This document shows positions 1 through 7,724 of a stretch of DNA of 64,000 bases, piece after piece. The position numbers and the translations under genes are program-made. The stretch covers positions 248,001 to 312,000 of IMG/VR virus record IMGVR_UViG_3300003877_000001, one strand, 5' to 3'. The stretch's first letter is position 1; each line of letters opens with the position of its first letter. The notes under the pieces are model-generated. The model saw nothing but the letters and a program-made list of their open reading frames with translations, did not search any database and had not been told where the DNA came from.

Positions 1-1833
1 ATCAACTCTTTTCACTGGAAGTCCTTTATGTTTGGTTGATGCAAAATCTTCAACATCATCTGGTTTCATTTCTTTTGCAACCTTTTCAACCGATGCACTA
101 GGGTTTTCTAATTCACCCTTTTGTGCAGCATGAACCATACCCATAAATTGTTGTTGTTTTTTAGATTTTGCTTTTTCATTTAAATCATCAGCTTCACCCA
201 TTGGATTAATTGCTGTTTGATTTCTCATTACTTGTTGAAAAATTCTATCAATATCTATATTAGGTAAATGACTTAACATTTGTACATCACCAAATTTATT
301 TTTACCCTTTTGTATAATTTTCTTAATTTTTTCTTCTTTAGAATTAATTCCACCTAATAAATTATCCATTGAACCTCTAACATCCCCAATACCATCTTCA
401 CGTAATTCACCCTCACCGATTCCAAAACCACGTTTTAATTTACTAAACATACCTCTTTTTTCAGGATCATTAAATTTCTGACCTAATTGTTTGCTAATAT
501 TTTGTGCAACATTTTTAATATTATCATATGCTTTTTTTGCATTAGGATCGGTTGGTATTCTTTTTAGTAGAGTATCCATTTGTTGATATGCATTTTTCAA
601 TTGGTGTTGCTGCATTTGTTTATTATCTGTCATATCAAATTCAGCCATAGGAACACGACTCATATCATTTGGAGAATCCATACCCTCATTTAAACTATTA
701 TAAATATCTTTGAACATATTGGTGTTAACTATATAATTTTCACCAATAATTTCACCACCTTTCCAAGCTGGTTTATTTGTTACATTGTCTTTACTCTTTT
801 TACGGAAAGGACCTTCATAAGCACCTGAACTTGCACTAGTTGTGGTTTCATCTAATTGTTCTTCACAATCCTCACAATTATCGCAACCACAATCTTCATC
901 AACGATGTTTTTTGGTTTATTGTCTTTAGATGATGTAAATGCACCTAATGATTTATTTTCATATACATTATTTTTTGCACCTAATGCTGTTGAAAATGCA
1001 CCTGATGATGCTGCACCAGTAGTTTCTTTTATTTCATATTCATATTGATTTTCTACATATTCATCATCAACATTAATACTAACAGTATTATACTTTTTAT
1101 TTTTTTTGTCATAATCACCAACTTTAAGAGGATCAGTATCATTCATAGCCATTTTATTTGCTTGAGTAATTGATGCATCACTATTTGAAAAGTTATCATG
1201 TTGTTTAGTGATACCACCCTTTATATCTTCATTAGTATTATTCATTGTATCATATTTTTTATTTATTCTATGAGTTAAGTATTCTCTATCATCAAAAGTA
1301 CCACTACCATCTGTATTAAGATTATTATCCATTATACCATCTTCTTCAATCACACCAGTAAGTGAATTATTATGTGTTGGAGCATCACCTTCAGTTCTAG
1401 CTTTAGGTGCTGCTGAATTTTTTTGCATTTTTTCTTTACCCTTTTGTTGTAATTGGTTAATACCTGATTTGTCTCTACGTTCTTTTTCAGCAGGAATTGC
1501 ATTTAAATATTTTTGTCTATAACCAGCATCATTAGTAACATATTCATTAAACAACATATTCATAATTGTTTCATTATAATGATACCCATATTTTTCCTGC
1601 CCATCTTCAGACATCTCATTATATTTCGCATTTAGTTTTGGATCACTAAATACTAAACTTTCCATTTTACTTAAATCCCAAACCTTTTTCTTAAATGATT
1701 GTTCTTTTTCTGTTAAAACAGAATTTATTTCTGTGAGATTTACATTACCTTTACCTAATTGAGATGTAAAATCTTTTTCAATTGCTTTACCTGCCTTACC
1801 CAATGGTTTTTCATTTGTTGATTTAAAGTCCAT
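1..1833 (-). CDS. Large acidic modular protein, runs off the window start; includes a DUF3008-like module; putative head/internal protein
   Basis: ATG at 1833 (MDFKSTNEKPLG...), apparently open to position 1 and absent from the ORF track because it has no stop in the window. Repeated ETTxxASSGA(F/Y) motifs. Ends with LNE-KAKSKKQQQFMGMVHAAQKG...DFASTKHKGLP (DUF3008-like). Confidence 0.75.
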   Translation of the reverse strand, partial: MDFKSTNEKPLGKAGKAIEKDFTSQLGKGNVNLTEINSVLTEKEQSFKKKVWDLSKMESLVFSDPKLNAKYNEMSEDGQEKYGYHYNETIMNMLFNEYVTNDAGYRQKYLNAIPAEKERRDKSGINQLQQKGKEKMQKNSAAPKARTEGDAPTHNNSLTGVIEEDGIMDNNLNTDGSGTFDDREYLTHRINKKYDTMNNTNEDIKGGITKQHDNFSNSDASITQANKMAMNDTDPLKVGDYDKKNKKYNTVSINVDDEYVENQYEYEIKETTGAASSGAFSTALGAKNNVYENKSLGAFTSSKDNKPKNIVDEDCGCDNCEDCEEQLDETTTSASSGAYEGPFRKKSKDNVTNKPAWKGGEIIGENYIVNTNMFKDIYNSLNEGMDSPNDMSRVPMAEFDMTDNKQMQQHQLKNAYQQMDTLLKRIPTDPNAKKAYDNIKNVAQNISKQLGQKFNDPEKRGMFSKLKRGFGIGEGELREDGIGDVRGSMDNLLGGINSKEEKIKKIIQKGKNKFGDVQMLSHLPNIDIDRIFQQVMRNQTAINPMGEADDLNEKAKSKKQQQFMGMVHAAQKGELENPSASVEKVAKEMKPDDVEDFASTKHKGLPVKRVD

Positions 1834-1837
1834 ATTC

Positions 1838-2062
1838 TTATTTTATATCACTTTGCCAAACTCCTTTTCTCACCCATAAAAATTCTGCTAGTTTGCTTAA
1901 ACCATTTTTTACTATGTTATTAACTTCTTTTCTAGCATCACTCCCTTGTTTAGAAAGCATCTTCTTTACTTCTCTTTCTAATTCGTTTTTTACGAATGAT
2001 TTGAGTTCATCATTAATTATTCTACTTAATTCTTCTTTCGTATATTGCATATTTGCTGCCAT
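1838..2062 (-). CDS. Small hypothetical protein (74 aa)
   Basis: ORF in operon orientation with GTATTTATA 4 nt upstream; N-terminal TKEELSRIINDEL motif. Confidence 0.7.
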   Translation of the reverse strand: MAANMQYTKEELSRIINDELKSFVKNELEREVKKMLSKQGSDARKEVNNIVKNGLSKLAEFLWVRKGVWQSDIK

Positions 2063-2066
2063 ATAT

Positions 2067-2075
2067 TATAAATAC
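2067..2075 (-). promoter_or_regulatory. GTATTTATA putative phage (late) promoter, representative copy
   Basis: Same 9-mer lies just upstream of many starts: 2067, 3451, 7440, 14084, 17053, 18412, 22122, 27610, 32895, 36523, 42245, 46686, 47474, 48682, 50334, 60511 on the minus strand and 59215 on the plus strand. Confidence 0.7.
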
Positions 2076-2080
2076 TAATA

Positions 2081-2147
2081 AAAAGCAAAAAACGCATAAC
2101 TTCTAGGCTATACGTTTCTCGATTTCCTTCTTCCGAATGGTAAGATG
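2081..2147 (-). ncRNA. Conserved structured intergenic element, copy 1 (motif plus terminator-like hairpin)
   Basis: Minus-strand AUCUUACCAU-uc-GGAAGAAGGAAAUCGA, then an 11-bp stem with two G-U pairs and a U-tract; second copy at 36585-36654. Confidence 0.5.
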
Positions 2148-2165
2148 AACTTTAGTTTATTTTTA

Positions 2166-2942
2166 TTATCTAGTAACTGCACCAAGTCCAAAACCAGCAG
2201 CACCAACTAATATATATTTACCGTTAATTTTGATCCATCTACCAAACTTTTGCCAACCACTAGGATTAACTAATTCTTTACTAATAGATGGTATTGCATA
2301 ACTTTCCACATTATTAACAACATAATATGGATTTGTATTCATAACTGAAAATGATATTGGATAATCCTTTCTTTTATTTTTATCAAATGTAAAACTTATT
2401 GTTTGTGTATTTGGAAAATCTATTTTTTTGAAATTGATTTGTGGTTGTGCAGTTAATGGATATGGTCTTACTGCAAGTATATCAATATTATAAACAAAAT
2501 TTAGTGTAGTATCTATTTGAGTAAATGAAATTAAATTTTTTGTAGTATCAATATCTGTTGCACCAGCAACAACAACATTAAGAGAATCAATTAAACTATT
2601 ATATTCAATTCTTGCTGCTGCCCAAATTTCTTTTTCACCTTTCCATTCTTTATTTAAATTACTGATTGTATTTAAAAGTGCTTCTTGATTTTTATTTAAT
2701 CCAACATTTTCTGCTGTTAAATTACCAAGAGTACCTTGAAGTGTTCTTTTTTCTGAAACCCAATTTCCTTCTTTATTTTTATATGTTTTCACACTATCTT
2801 GTAGTGCTTCTCTTAATTTTAATTCAGTTTCATATTTTTTACCATCTTTTGATCTTTTATTTAAATGGTAATTTATTCCAAAACCCATTAAAATAATTAA
2901 TATTACAATAACAAGTCTTTCATTTGTAAATATATTTTTCAT
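2166..2942 (-). CDS. Membrane-anchored coiled-coil protein (possible spanin-like lysis protein)
   Basis: N-terminal TM helix, coiled coil, hydrophobic C-terminus; close to an amidase-like gene. Confidence 0.5.
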   Translation of the reverse strand: MKNIFTNERLVIVILIILMGFGINYHLNKRSKDGKKYETELKLREALQDSVKTYKNKEGNWVSEKRTLQGTLGNLTAENVGLNKNQEALLNTISNLNKEWKGEKEIWAAARIEYNSLIDSLNVVVAGATDIDTTKNLISFTQIDTTLNFVYNIDILAVRPYPLTAQPQINFKKIDFPNTQTISFTFDKNKRKDYPISFSVMNTNPYYVVNNVESYAIPSISKELVNPSGWQKFGRWIKINGKYILVGAAGFGLGAVTR

Positions 2943-2947
2943 TTTTT

Positions 2948-3436
2948 TTAATTAAATAATTGATCTCTCCAATATTTGTAGAATATATTATAATAATCTT
3001 CTAATTTATTAATAACATCCTCATTTTCTTTATCTTGTGCATCAAAATCATTAAGATAATTAATTTCAACACCACTTGAATCTTCTTGTGGTGTTACTTT
3101 ATATACAAACTGAATTTGATTATCAATAGTTCCAGAAAACATTACACCGTTACTATATACATTTAAATCATTATACTCGATAGTTACATTGTTTTGATCA
3201 AAATAATGTGACATTTTATCTTCTTCATTGTTTTTATCAACACTAGTTGTCATATTTTGTTGAACATCTTCATTTAAATTTAAAAGTGGTCTATCTTTTA
3301 TTTTTCTCATTTTACCAAGCATATCACGCATAGTCATATCTTTTTTAGTTTCTTCAACTGGAACTTTAGTAGATTTAACAGGTTCTTTACCATACATAAT
3401 TGCTAAATATTTTCTCATTTCTATTGGTGCTGACAT
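2948..3436 (-). CDS. Hypothetical protein
   Basis: 162-aa ORF; GTATTTATA 14 nt upstream. Confidence 0.7.
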   Translation of the reverse strand: MSAPIEMRKYLAIMYGKEPVKSTKVPVEETKKDMTMRDMLGKMRKIKDRPLLNLNEDVQQNMTTSVDKNNEEDKMSHYFDQNNVTIEYNDLNVYSNGVMFSGTIDNQIQFVYKVTPQEDSSGVEINYLNDFDAQDKENEDVINKLEDYYNIFYKYWRDQLFN

Positions 3437-3470
3437 AATTTTGTATTTCTTATAAATACTAAGTATCTAC

Positions 3471-3797
3471 TTAAATTACGTTAGCAACATAACAAGCTAA
3501 CTCCCAACCCTTATTTGTTGGTTGAAAACGTGCTATTGGGGAATAATAACTTTTATTATTTGAAAAATGTGGGTCGATTATTTTTTGTGCAGTTAGCATA
3601 TTAATATTGCAATCTTCAAAAACTAATATTTTCTTACCTTCATAATTAGTACAGTCAGGGTATACAATTTCCACAACTAATTTATATCCAACTTGAAGAC
3701 TTCTAATAATTTCATAATTACTAGGGTCTGGATTAGGTAGTTTATTTGGTTCTGCATTATCAAATGAACTATTTGACATCATTGGTGTTACTCCCAT
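3471..3797 (-). CDS. Hypothetical phage protein
   Basis: 108-aa ORF with start/stop overlap with its neighbour. Confidence 0.7.
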   Translation of the reverse strand: MGVTPMMSNSSFDNAEPNKLPNPDPSNYEIIRSLQVGYKLVVEIVYPDCTNYEGKKILVFEDCNINMLTAQKIIDPHFSNNKSYYSPIARFQPTNKGWELACYVANVI

Positions 3798-4402
3798 TAT
3801 ATTTCTATTTCTAAATCTTCTAAAAAGGTTCTAAAATCAAATGAAGGATTTAAATCAGTATAATCACTATTATAATTACTTCTGGTTACTATTCCCTCAT
3901 ATTTCAATGTATTTTCATAATATACATTAAAACCTAAACAATCTAATTCAATATCAAATTCTTTAATTAAAAATTTACATAACTCAACAGTCGAATTATA
4001 TTGTTTTTCAGTATATTGTTCCCAATATGTATGACCATTCCACTTTCTTTCATACATCAATTCTTCAGGACATACATCATGAACCCAATTAAGATATTTA
4101 CTTGTTTCATAATCATAGAAAAGCATCCCCATATTTTCTAATACTATTGATATTGATTTTTTATCAATTTCTTTATTACCCATATAATCTGAATAATATT
4201 TTGGATCATAATGTTGGAATATTTTTCCTTCTCTACTTATGGTGTATGTGCACCAGCTTTTACCATTACCACCATCTTTATGTTTTAATCTATTTATGTG
4301 AAGATTATCTTTTCTAAGACTACCAGCTAATATTATTTGTGTTTTATCATATTTTGCTTTGTAGAAATTATCTATTTTATATGTATCTCTATCTATCTTC
4401 AT
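3797..4402 (-). CDS. N-acetylmuramoyl-L-alanine amidase (Amidase_2/PGRP)-like protein, Zn ligands apparently missing
   Basis: KTQIIL..., YTISREGKIFQ, SISIVLENMG, YTEKQYNSTVELCKFL and DLNPSFDF follow the amidase_2 pattern; the His positions are substituted. Confidence 0.7.
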   Translation of the reverse strand: MKIDRDTYKIDNFYKAKYDKTQIILAGSLRKDNLHINRLKHKDGGNGKSWCTYTISREGKIFQHYDPKYYSDYMGNKEIDKKSISIVLENMGMLFYDYETSKYLNWVHDVCPEELMYERKWNGHTYWEQYTEKQYNSTVELCKFLIKEFDIELDCLGFNVYYENTLKYEGIVTRSNYNSDYTDLNPSFDFRTFLEDLEIEI

Positions 4403-4598
4403 GACTCAAAATACCTTCACAACTTGCACCTTTAAATACCGTAGTACCTTGTTCATCTTGATATCCATGATATTCTTTTCCAAGATTAAAATCAATATTA
4501 TTTATTTTAATATCTTCAACTTCGTTTAGATGTTTAATAATAATTTCTTTAATTTCATCATTACTTAATTCGACAGTTATATTTCTCTCAACTTTCAT
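4389..4598 (-). CDS. Small hypothetical protein
   Basis: Likely start MKVERN at 4598, overlapping the end of the dCMP deaminase gene. Confidence 0.55.
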   Translation of the reverse strand: MKVERNITVELSNDEIKEIIIKHLNEVEDIKINNIDFNLGKEYHGYQDEQGTTVFKGASCEGILSHEDR

Positions 4599-5187
4599 TT
4601 CCAATATTTTTAATCCAATAATTACCATTTTTAATTTCTTCTTCAGATGGTCTATCACCACCACCCAATTGTTCAACTTTCGTTTTTAGAAATTCTTCAA
4701 TTTCATTTTTAGGAACATCACCAACATCTATCATATATGTTCTACTTAATGGTGTGAAAATTTCAACACCAGCTTCTTTTAATTTTTGTTGTGAAATTTT
4801 AAATTCATGACCGTATTTTTCATCTTCAAAATTTGGGTCTTTACTAACTACAATTCTTTTAATTCCTGAATTAATAATATTTCCTGCACATCTAGCACAC
4901 GGAAATAAATTAAGATACATGATTGTGTTTTTAGTTGCAACACCTATTCTTGCAGCATTGGTAATAGCATTTTCTTCAGCGTGTACAGTCCAATCATATT
5001 TTGCAGGTCTTTCATGCCTTTCATCAATATCATCGTCTACACCTGATGGAAATCCATTATAACCGAAAGATACTACACGTTTGTCATCATTAACAATAAC
5101 AGCACCAACACCTCTTGATTTATCTTTACTCCAATCAGAAATATATTCTGCTAATTCTAAAAATCTTTTATCCCAATCAACTTTCAT
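4588..5187 (-). CDS. dCMP deaminase with C-terminal extension
   Basis: WDKRFLELA, GYNGFP, HAEENAI and PCARC Zn-deaminase motifs. Confidence 0.92.
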   Translation of the reverse strand: MKVDWDKRFLELAEYISDWSKDKSRGVGAVIVNDDKRVVSFGYNGFPSGVDDDIDERHERPAKYDWTVHAEENAITNAARIGVATKNTIMYLNLFPCARCAGNIINSGIKRIVVSKDPNFEDEKYGHEFKISQQKLKEAGVEIFTPLSRTYMIDVGDVPKNEIEEFLKTKVEQLGGGDRPSEEEIKNGNYWIKNIGNES

Positions 5188-6214
5188 TAGTTTGTGGTTT
5201 ACGTGCTTCTTCTAAGTCTTCCAAGCTAATTCTAATTGCTTTAATTGCTTTGACTTTAGGTGATAACATACCCATATTTTTATTTTTTGGTACTTTTACC
5301 CATTCTATAACATCACCCTTTTCAAGTACATTAAGTTTAGAATCGTCTTGATCTACTGGATTCGGAAAAATAATATCAAAATAATTAACATCTTTAAATG
5401 TTTTTTCTTCAAGACTTATTCCACTAAACATAAATTTAAGAAATTCAATATTACTAAATTCATTTAATGGTTTAGATGGTGGTTCATAATAAAACCCACT
5501 ATTAGTACCATATCCAATCATATTTCTAGGATTTGGTGGTGGTGGGGGTTGTGGTATTACAGATTCTCCAACTTTACGAACAACAGATGCTGCTTCTCTA
5601 ATACTATCAGTAAAAACATTACTACCTTGAAATTGTTGTTGTGCTTGTTGTTGTTTATAATGTTGTCTATTCACAATATTATCATATTCAGATTTTATTC
5701 TATCTATTTCACTAGTGAGAGTATTTTCACCATCAGCAATATTATCTAATTTTGCTTGTTGATTAGCAAAATTTTTCATTGCTTTTGCTCGTCTTTTTTC
5801 TGCATTCCCTAATGCTTCTTCCATATCATTTAAAAATCCCATATCAATAATTTTATCTGTTAAACTTCTTTCTGTATAGTCTCCTGCATATCCCCCAATC
5901 CCAATATTATTATTTCCAGTTGCACAACTAACATATCCTTGTGCAGTTGAATAATGTCCAGTTGCACAACTACCCACCATTGGTTTCTTAATTTCAATTA
6001 TTTCACCACAATCTAAACACTTCAATGCTGGTACTTTAATCTCATTAACTTTAGCAATTTCAAAATCATTTATTTGTTGAAATCTACTATTAGATATTGG
6101 GTGATGTGTTTCAATTACTGTATGTTTTACAGCCTCAACCTTTGTAGTATTATTATGTTTACATTGTTTTTTTCTTTCACCCATGATTAAATTGGATATA
6201 ACAGGTAATGCCAT
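5177..6214 (-). CDS. Hypothetical mosaic protein (N-terminal Cys motifs, Q/P-rich segments)
   Basis: 345-aa ORF; TATATTTG promoter motif at 6239-6246. Confidence 0.65.
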   Translation of the reverse strand: MALPVISNLIMGERKKQCKHNNTTKVEAVKHTVIETHHPISNSRFQQINDFEIAKVNEIKVPALKCLDCGEIIEIKKPMVGSCATGHYSTAQGYVSCATGNNNIGIGGYAGDYTERSLTDKIIDMGFLNDMEEALGNAEKRRAKAMKNFANQQAKLDNIADGENTLTSEIDRIKSEYDNIVNRQHYKQQQAQQQFQGSNVFTDSIREAASVVRKVGESVIPQPPPPPNPRNMIGYGTNSGFYYEPPSKPLNEFSNIEFLKFMFSGISLEEKTFKDVNYFDIIFPNPVDQDDSKLNVLEKGDVIEWVKVPKNKNMGMLSPKVKAIKAIRISLEDLEEARKPQTNES

Positions 6215-6238
6215 TTAATTTAATTTCATTTATAACAA

Positions 6239-6246
6239 CAAATATA
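6239..6246 (-). promoter_or_regulatory. Bacteroidota-type primary sigma -7 element TAnnTTTG
   Basis: TATATTTG here; also TATCTTTG 13529-13536, TATATTTG 15714-15721 and TATCTTTG 59126-59133, each upstream of non-structural genes. Confidence 0.6.
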
Positions 6247-6273
6247 AATTAAATTAATTTAAATAGCAATAGT

Positions 6274-7425
6274 TTAAGTTAAATTTTCCAATAAACGTAG
6301 GGTATCATCGAACTTATCGATTTTTTCTAATGCATCTTGATATGTAACAGCAGTTAATCTTCTAGTGCCATTTAGTTTAATAATTCCTAAATATTCCATA
6401 TCATTTAAAAAACTATCAAGAAATTTATTTGGACTTGGAATAGAACTTTTTTCTTTAATTAATTCTAATAGCTTTGTTTTACCAAGAATTTTTTGATCTT
6501 GACCTAACATACCTTCTTTAAATATGAATTTAATAAGTGTTCTATATCTATCACGTTTTTTGTGAGTAGTTTCCATATCTGCAATGTTAGACAAATATAC
6601 ATTATAATCGTAATACTTATCGAAATAAATACCTAATATTATTATGAATTCAATTGATGTTGATATTATTAAGAACAGTAAGATATTACTAATATCTTTA
6701 TCTTCATTTTCGGATTGTTCAGTTTCCTGTTTGCTTTGAAGTTTTCTTATTTCACCATTTAGTTCATTATCAATCGATGATATTCTAACATCATTAGCTG
6801 TAATACTTTCATTATTACTGTCAACTAAATCTTGTAATTCATTTCTAACTGTACGATAATTTAAAGGTGTTTCAGCAATTTTATCTCTATATTCCTTGTT
6901 TGATTCTCTATAACTATTATTATCATCAATCAAAGTTTGCTTTCTTTCTTGATAAACACGATTTACACTATCAATTTGAGTGTTTGCTACATTTTCTATA
7001 TTAACATTAATTTCTTTAGAAGTGGATGCAAAGTTAATTGCACCATTTAATGAGAAATAGAATGATGCACCTACAATACCTATTGAAAATATAGACCATC
7101 CAATTAGACTCTTATGCATCTTAAATTTATTTTTAACAATATCAAAAGATAAATTAGCTAAAATTTTTCTTTTTAATAGTTCAAAACCACTTAAAATTAA
7201 TACCGATATAAAACCAGCAAGATATGTTGAAGCATCACCTTGTACTAGATTTGCACTGATTGCAGTTAATAATGCTGGAAACACTAAAAAGAATGCAAAA
7301 AATATTGATCCTATGTTACCAACATATGAAAATATGTTAAGCCAAGTATCAACATCTTTGTTCTTTGTCTCAAAATCTTGACTTTTAATTTTATCTCTTA
7401 ATTCAGAATATTTATTTAAATCCAT
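6274..7425 (-). CDS. Integral membrane protein with long coiled coil
   Basis: Three N-terminal TM segments, coiled coil, then a fourth TM segment. Confidence 0.7.
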   Translation of the reverse strand: MDLNKYSELRDKIKSQDFETKNKDVDTWLNIFSYVGNIGSIFFAFFLVFPALLTAISANLVQGDASTYLAGFISVLILSGFELLKRKILANLSFDIVKNKFKMHKSLIGWSIFSIGIVGASFYFSLNGAINFASTSKEINVNIENVANTQIDSVNRVYQERKQTLIDDNNSYRESNKEYRDKIAETPLNYRTVRNELQDLVDSNNESITANDVRISSIDNELNGEIRKLQSKQETEQSENEDKDISNILLFLIISTSIEFIIILGIYFDKYYDYNVYLSNIADMETTHKKRDRYRTLIKFIFKEGMLGQDQKILGKTKLLELIKEKSSIPSPNKFLDSFLNDMEYLGIIKLNGTRRLTAVTYQDALEKIDKFDDTLRLLENLT

Positions 7426-7472
7426 TTTAAAATCTTTAGTATAAATACTCTATTTTATAGAAATTTATAAAA

Positions 7473-7724
7473 TTACGACACACTTTCAATCCAAGCTGCT
7501 GCCGTTTGAGTTCCTGTTTCAATTTCTGTAAGTCCCATATCTATTTGTACGTAGCATTCATTTTCAGCTATTAACTCACCAAATTTTTTATCTGAAACTC
7601 TTAGTACTATAATTATACTATCTATTGGTGTTATTCCTAAATTCTTTACGGCATGTGCTACTTGTGCAGCAACCTTACCTTCACTCATTTTTAAGTTCTT
7701 TCTATATATTACTTTTATTCTCAT
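7473..7724 (-). CDS. pth2: Minimal peptidyl-tRNA hydrolase 2
   Basis: RKNLKMSEGKVAAQVAHA, IVLRV and IDMGLTEIETGTQT motifs of the PTH2 family; only 83 aa. Confidence 0.8.
   Translation of the reverse strand: MRIKVIYRKNLKMSEGKVAAQVAHAVKNLGITPIDSIIIVLRVSDKKFGELIAENECYVQIDMGLTEIETGTQTAAAWIESVS

Noticed and set aside
2081-2147. Hammerhead or other known self-cleaving ribozyme
   Set aside because: No CUGAnGA core or other recognisable catalytic consensus on either strand; kept only as an unknown element.
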